Positions 60,596-64,000 of a DNA stretch of 64,000 nucleotides are shown here, in pieces; the first letter of the stretch is position 1, and each line of letters starts with the position of its first letter. The stretch spans positions 160,001 through 224,000 of the forward strand of contig CBDCEW010000104.1 in the NCBI GenBank assembly GCA_965215885.1. The letters are read 5' to 3'. Under the pieces are notes generated by a model. That model saw nothing but the letters and a program-made list of their open reading frames with translations. It was not told the DNA's origin and did not search any database. The position numbers and the translations under genes were made by a program. This DNA is from Candidatus Moanibacter sp. (GTDB taxonomy: Bacteria > Verrucomicrobiota > Verrucomicrobiia > Opitutales > UBA2987).

Positions 60596-61308
60596 TGCAA
60601 GGTGGTAACATCCTTAGCATAGGAATCTGTGTCCTCTTTGTTTTCGACCAGGCTGAATCGTATCGGCTGACGCATTTTAAATTTTACATTCCTTCCTGCC
60701 ACTCTGCCGGGAACGAATCGCCATTTTAAGAGCGCCTCCAGAACACTGTGGGAGAAGAGGGGATTGTCTGAATTTTCGATCTCAACCTTGTAGACCTGTC
60801 CTGCCTCATCGACTGAGATGAGGGCGACGACACTGCCTTCGATCCATTCTGATTTGAGTTCAAAAGGATATCTCAGGTTATAGCGAACGATAGGAAACGG
60901 CGAAGTGTCAAGTTTGCTGGAATCATATACAAATTCCTCCAATTCCTTTCTTGAGAGACCGGTTCTGCGAGACAACGCCAATTCGGGAATTGTTATTTTA
61001 ATTTTCTTTGCCCGATCTCGCTCATGCACCACCGATCCCGGTGTGCGGACTTTGAGTCGCGCAAAATTTATCCTCGTTTTACTTGCCTCTAGATCACTGG
61101 AAACAATCGCCCCGGGAACCCCGGAGCTGATCTTTATCGTATCTTCTCTTAAGAACAGAGCTAAAAGTCTCTTCCCGGAGACAACATTTATGGAAGCGAG
61201 GCATAAGAAGACAGTGGCGGTCAATGCAAAGGATGCGCTGGCGAAGGCGATCGAGTCCTTTCTCTTAAAGCTGCTCGGCCTGTACATGATACGATGTCTC
61301 CGCTGCAA
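60592..61308 (-). CDS. TonB-family energy transducer
   Basis: N-terminal TM helix; YP..L, EGSV, VDEAG, KWRFVPG, QPIRF. Confidence 0.85.
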   Translation of the reverse strand: MQRRHRIMYRPSSFKRKDSIAFASASFALTATVFLCLASINVVSGKRLLALFLREDTIKISSGVPGAIVSSDLEASKTRINFARLKVRTPGSVVHERDRAKKIKITIPELALSRRTGLSRKELEEFVYDSSKLDTSPFPIVRYNLRYPFELKSEWIEGSVVALISVDEAGQVYKVEIENSDNPLFSHSVLEALLKWRFVPGRVAGRNVKFKMRQPIRFSLVENKEDTDSYAKDVTTLQ

Positions 61309-61410
61309 TATCGCGCCTTGCGGATGCGCGGCGAAAGATGTGTCAGTAAATCTACATATTTATCAGTTTTTCTCAAATCCAAACTGGAGGTTGTTCGAAC
61401 AGCCTCAAAC

Positions 61411-61590
61411 TAGCCCGAAAATTTCACAAACCTTCTACTACTACGACGGATCTCACCGCGCGTCAATGCCTTCCCTTGCCCGGCGACCTCAGAGGGTCTC
61501 AACACACTGTCGCCCGCCGTGCTGCGGAAAGGCATTGACAGGCAGCAATCTACGCCGTCTCGCTACGAAGTGTGTGAAATGTCCGGGCTA
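61411..61590. mobile_element. ~180-bp MITE, copy 2
   Basis: IRs TAGCCCGAAAATTTCACA / TGTGAAATGTCCGGGCTA with CTAG at both ends. Confidence 0.85.
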
Positions 61591-61681
61591 GCCGCTTTTC
61601 CCGGCCGACCAGTAACTGCGTGTCGAAGAGGAACGTTGTGTCGTGATAGTGTTCTCGGAAATTTGTGAGAAAAGCGGGCTA
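61589..61681. mobile_element. ~93-bp MITE-like element
   Basis: TAGCCGCTTTTC ... GAAAAGCGGGCTA; shares its CTAG with the adjacent MITE. Confidence 0.6.
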
Positions 61682-61958
61682 GCGATCGTCCGGCCCATTC
61701 AAGAGCTGTTTTGTGAGCCAGCCGGTTCCATCGTTAGGTGCGGGATCGATATTCAAAAGGTGGCACATGAATTCATAGATCTCCACATTGGGAAAGGCGG
61801 GTAGATTTGAGGTCGAGGGGATCGCCGGTCCATGGGCGATAAAGACGCCCTGCATACCGTTAAACCGCAATTGATCGAGATTTGGGGTGGGCGCTTTTTC
61901 AAAATAATCGTAACGAAACCCATCGATGGAAATGAGTAAGAGTGGGGATTTTCGCCCC
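61679..61958 (-). pseudogene. Nucleotide pyrophosphatase/phosphodiesterase (alkaline phosphatase superfamily) remnant with large in-frame internal deletion
   Basis: LLLISIDGFRYDY...TPNLDQL fused directly to MQGVFIAHGPA...NVEIY.FMC.LL.I.PAPNDG. Confidence 0.75.
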
Positions 61959-62021
61959 TAGGAAACGTCTCCGACGAGAGGTAGATGAGAAACGCTAAAC
62001 AGGTACCCCGGCTTGCCGGGA

Positions 62022-63029
62022 CTAGCGGGAAGTATCGGCGAAACTCTCCCAATTATCCAATATCTCATTGATTACCGTGCTTCCGACTCTCTCTAATGCC
62101 CTCAAGCTTGAAATGTAACCCGGAAACATCGTTTCGCCTCCACCGCCTTCTCCTCTGAAACTCTCGAGAACTGTTTGGCCGTCCGGCGCTTGCATTGTGT
62201 AGTTGCTGCCGCTGCGCAGGAGGAGGACTCGATTCCAGTCGATCTTTTCCGCGTTTGAGAGATTCTTGAGAGCGCGCAAGGTGCCGTTATCCTCCATCGT
62301 GGAGGTAACGAAACGACCTTTCCCTTCGGTCCAGTAGTCAACCCATTTTTCCGCCCACTCGTTAGGAATTCTACCGTGCCAGTATCGTGTCACTCCGAGA
62401 TTATCGCCTTTAAGAATGAAAGGTGGTTTCTGAGCCTCGGGCGTACCAGAGTAACGCTTCCGGTAAGCCGCCATATTGGGAGTATCGAGATCGCCTAGAT
62501 CGATACTCTTTGTCAGTTGGTAGGCCCAGTCACACAAATCACTATTGAGGCAGTAGAGTTCGTCCTGAAGAAAGAGGAATTCCTCCCCTCGCTGGCTGGG
62601 AGCGTAAGGAGCGAATGTTCCGAGCGGTATAATGCCGGTATCCCAATCTTGAGGCATTTCTCTGGGGTCGAATTCGTGCGCGAGGTCGCCATCCACACAG
62701 TAGTCGCCCCATACCACGCTCCCGATTGAGCAGTAGCGCGGATTCACTCCACAGATACCGGCAATCATAAAGTAGGCTCTCGTGAGATCGAAACGCGGAT
62801 CGAGACCGAGAGCGATTGTAGAGGCACTGGCTTTGGCCGCTCCCACCCCTACGACGAGTCCGATCAATCCCTTATCGTTGGCCCAGATATCGAAAGCTCC
62901 GGCAGGTAACGGATAGACTTTCTTTAAGCCGTGGGATTCGCAGAAAAACTGGAACTCGCCGGGCTGATCGTCGGGGGCGAGCTCATACATGGTAATGAGG
63001 ACGAACTTTACAGGGATAGGAGAGTTCAT
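62022..63029 (-). CDS. Purine nucleoside permease (NUP family)
   Basis: DPRFDLTRAYFMIAGICGVNP, HEFDPRE, YWHG, TMEDNG, LRSGSNY. Confidence 0.88.
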   Translation of the reverse strand: MNSPIPVKFVLITMYELAPDDQPGEFQFFCESHGLKKVYPLPAGAFDIWANDKGLIGLVVGVGAAKASASTIALGLDPRFDLTRAYFMIAGICGVNPRYCSIGSVVWGDYCVDGDLAHEFDPREMPQDWDTGIIPLGTFAPYAPSQRGEEFLFLQDELYCLNSDLCDWAYQLTKSIDLGDLDTPNMAAYRKRYSGTPEAQKPPFILKGDNLGVTRYWHGRIPNEWAEKWVDYWTEGKGRFVTSTMEDNGTLRALKNLSNAEKIDWNRVLLLRSGSNYTMQAPDGQTVLESFRGEGGGGETMFPGYISSLRALERVGSTVINEILDNWESFADTSR

Positions 63030-63347
63030 GATGTTTCGTGAGAAATTGCCGCAATAATATTCCCCGAATCCGCAAGAACTTTAAGACCATGAGCCATGAC
63101 GCTAAGCATGGATAAGCCCGGGACTAAATGCCCTTTTCAGGAGGTCGAATTAAATGCCAGGAAACGTTATTAAGCGAATTGAGAGATAACTGCTTGATTC
63201 GACTACACGTTTGTTTTACTCTCGAAATTGATTCTAGGGTATCAATTGGGGAACTAACGGAGGGAAAACCCCATTCCTTTTTTTGTGAATGTGTTATAAT
63301 GAGGCGGACATAAGGAAGGGATCTAAAAGCAGCGAGGGTATTGAGAG

Positions 63348-63809
63348 ATGATTCCAAAACCGGTTAGAAGGTTAATCTATATTTTCATCGCGATAGTGGT
63401 AGGCTACTACCTCTATACTATGGTGAGTGCACACACCGCGCAGGAGGTTATTGTTCTGAAACAATACACCAAGGCGGTAATGGATGGGGAAAGGATGGTG
63501 GGACGAAAACTGAGTTTGGATCCGAAGAATCTGGATCCCTTCATGAAGCGCAAGAAGCGTGGCGAGGCGTTGTGAGGTGATGTACGCTTTACCTACTACA
63601 AAATCAAAAACATTCGGCGCAGTGGGGATAAGAGGACCGCGAATATCTCGATGCAGCAGGTGTTCCGGCTGAACCCACCGGGAATGGATTCGTTTTGGGG
63701 CGTCGAGGAAGTGAAGAACAACATCCAGGCAGTACTCGTGTTATCAAAATCGGCGTGGAAGATCCAATCATTCACTGATAACTATTATACGCCTGGTATG
63801 AAGGAATAG
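63348..63809 (+). pseudogene. Hypothetical membrane-anchored protein interrupted by in-frame TGA (63573-63575)
   Basis: The same frame continues GDVRFTYYKI...WKIQSFTDNYYTPGMKE to TAG at 63807-63809. Confidence 0.6.
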
Positions 63810-63915
63810 GAAGCAGTCGGATTTAACCTTTGGACGGTTTCGCGGAAGAAGTACGGTGCACCGAAAAGCGTCTCCGGTGGCATAGACGTGGTATTCCGTT
63901 TATTGCGCCGGTCTG

Positions 63916-64000
63916 ATGAATCGGTCCTTGAAAGTTGGTCTGATTGCCGGTGCCGTGGCGGCGGTATCGTTCGTCGTAGTCTTTCCTGGATTCGGAGGAG
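63916..64000 (+). CDS. 5' end of a secreted or membrane protein (partial)
   Basis: MNRSLKVGLIAGAVAAVSFVVVFPGFGG resembles a signal anchor. Confidence 0.4.
   Translation, partial: MNRSLKVGLIAGAVAAVSFVVVFPGFGG

Noticed and set aside
60905..61591. 228-aa plus-strand ORF (and the 118-aa ORF at 115-471)
   Set aside because: Antisense or out-of-frame shadows that read through the MITE; their similarity reflects the repeat, not a protein family

Overview
Bacterial chromosomal window, probably Verrucomicrobiota/Opitutia (inferred from gene content and repeat types, not verified). The right half (about 37.5-63 kb) is mostly housekeeping: deoB, punA, nadA, a Fur-family regulator, priA, aquaporin, cstA, PilC/GspF, PhoU with a Na/Pi cotransporter, an HNH nuclease, glnD, valS, TonB and a purine nucleoside permease. 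The left half is an accessory and decay zone. It holds five IS types (IS630, ISNCY/IS5-like, IS200, a 741-aa atypical transposase, and two apparently identical ISL3 copies), MITEs, several pseudogenes and a tandem duplication of an AraC / GxxExxY nuclease / dipeptide epimerase module. The most unusual signals are mostly non-coding. (i) GxxExxY nuclease genes start and stop inside 10-nt-period hairpin arms, and orphan arms fill many intergenic regions. (ii) A family of 30-34-nt CCGTC...GGCAGGC micro-insertions has empty sites visible in paralogous repeats. (iii) A ~160-nt four-way-junction repeat occurs in four copies with conserved structure but divergent sequence. (iv) Two unrelated secreted enzymes share a ~288-aa C-terminal domain. 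No rRNA, tRNA or CRISPR array was seen. All alignments were done by eye.
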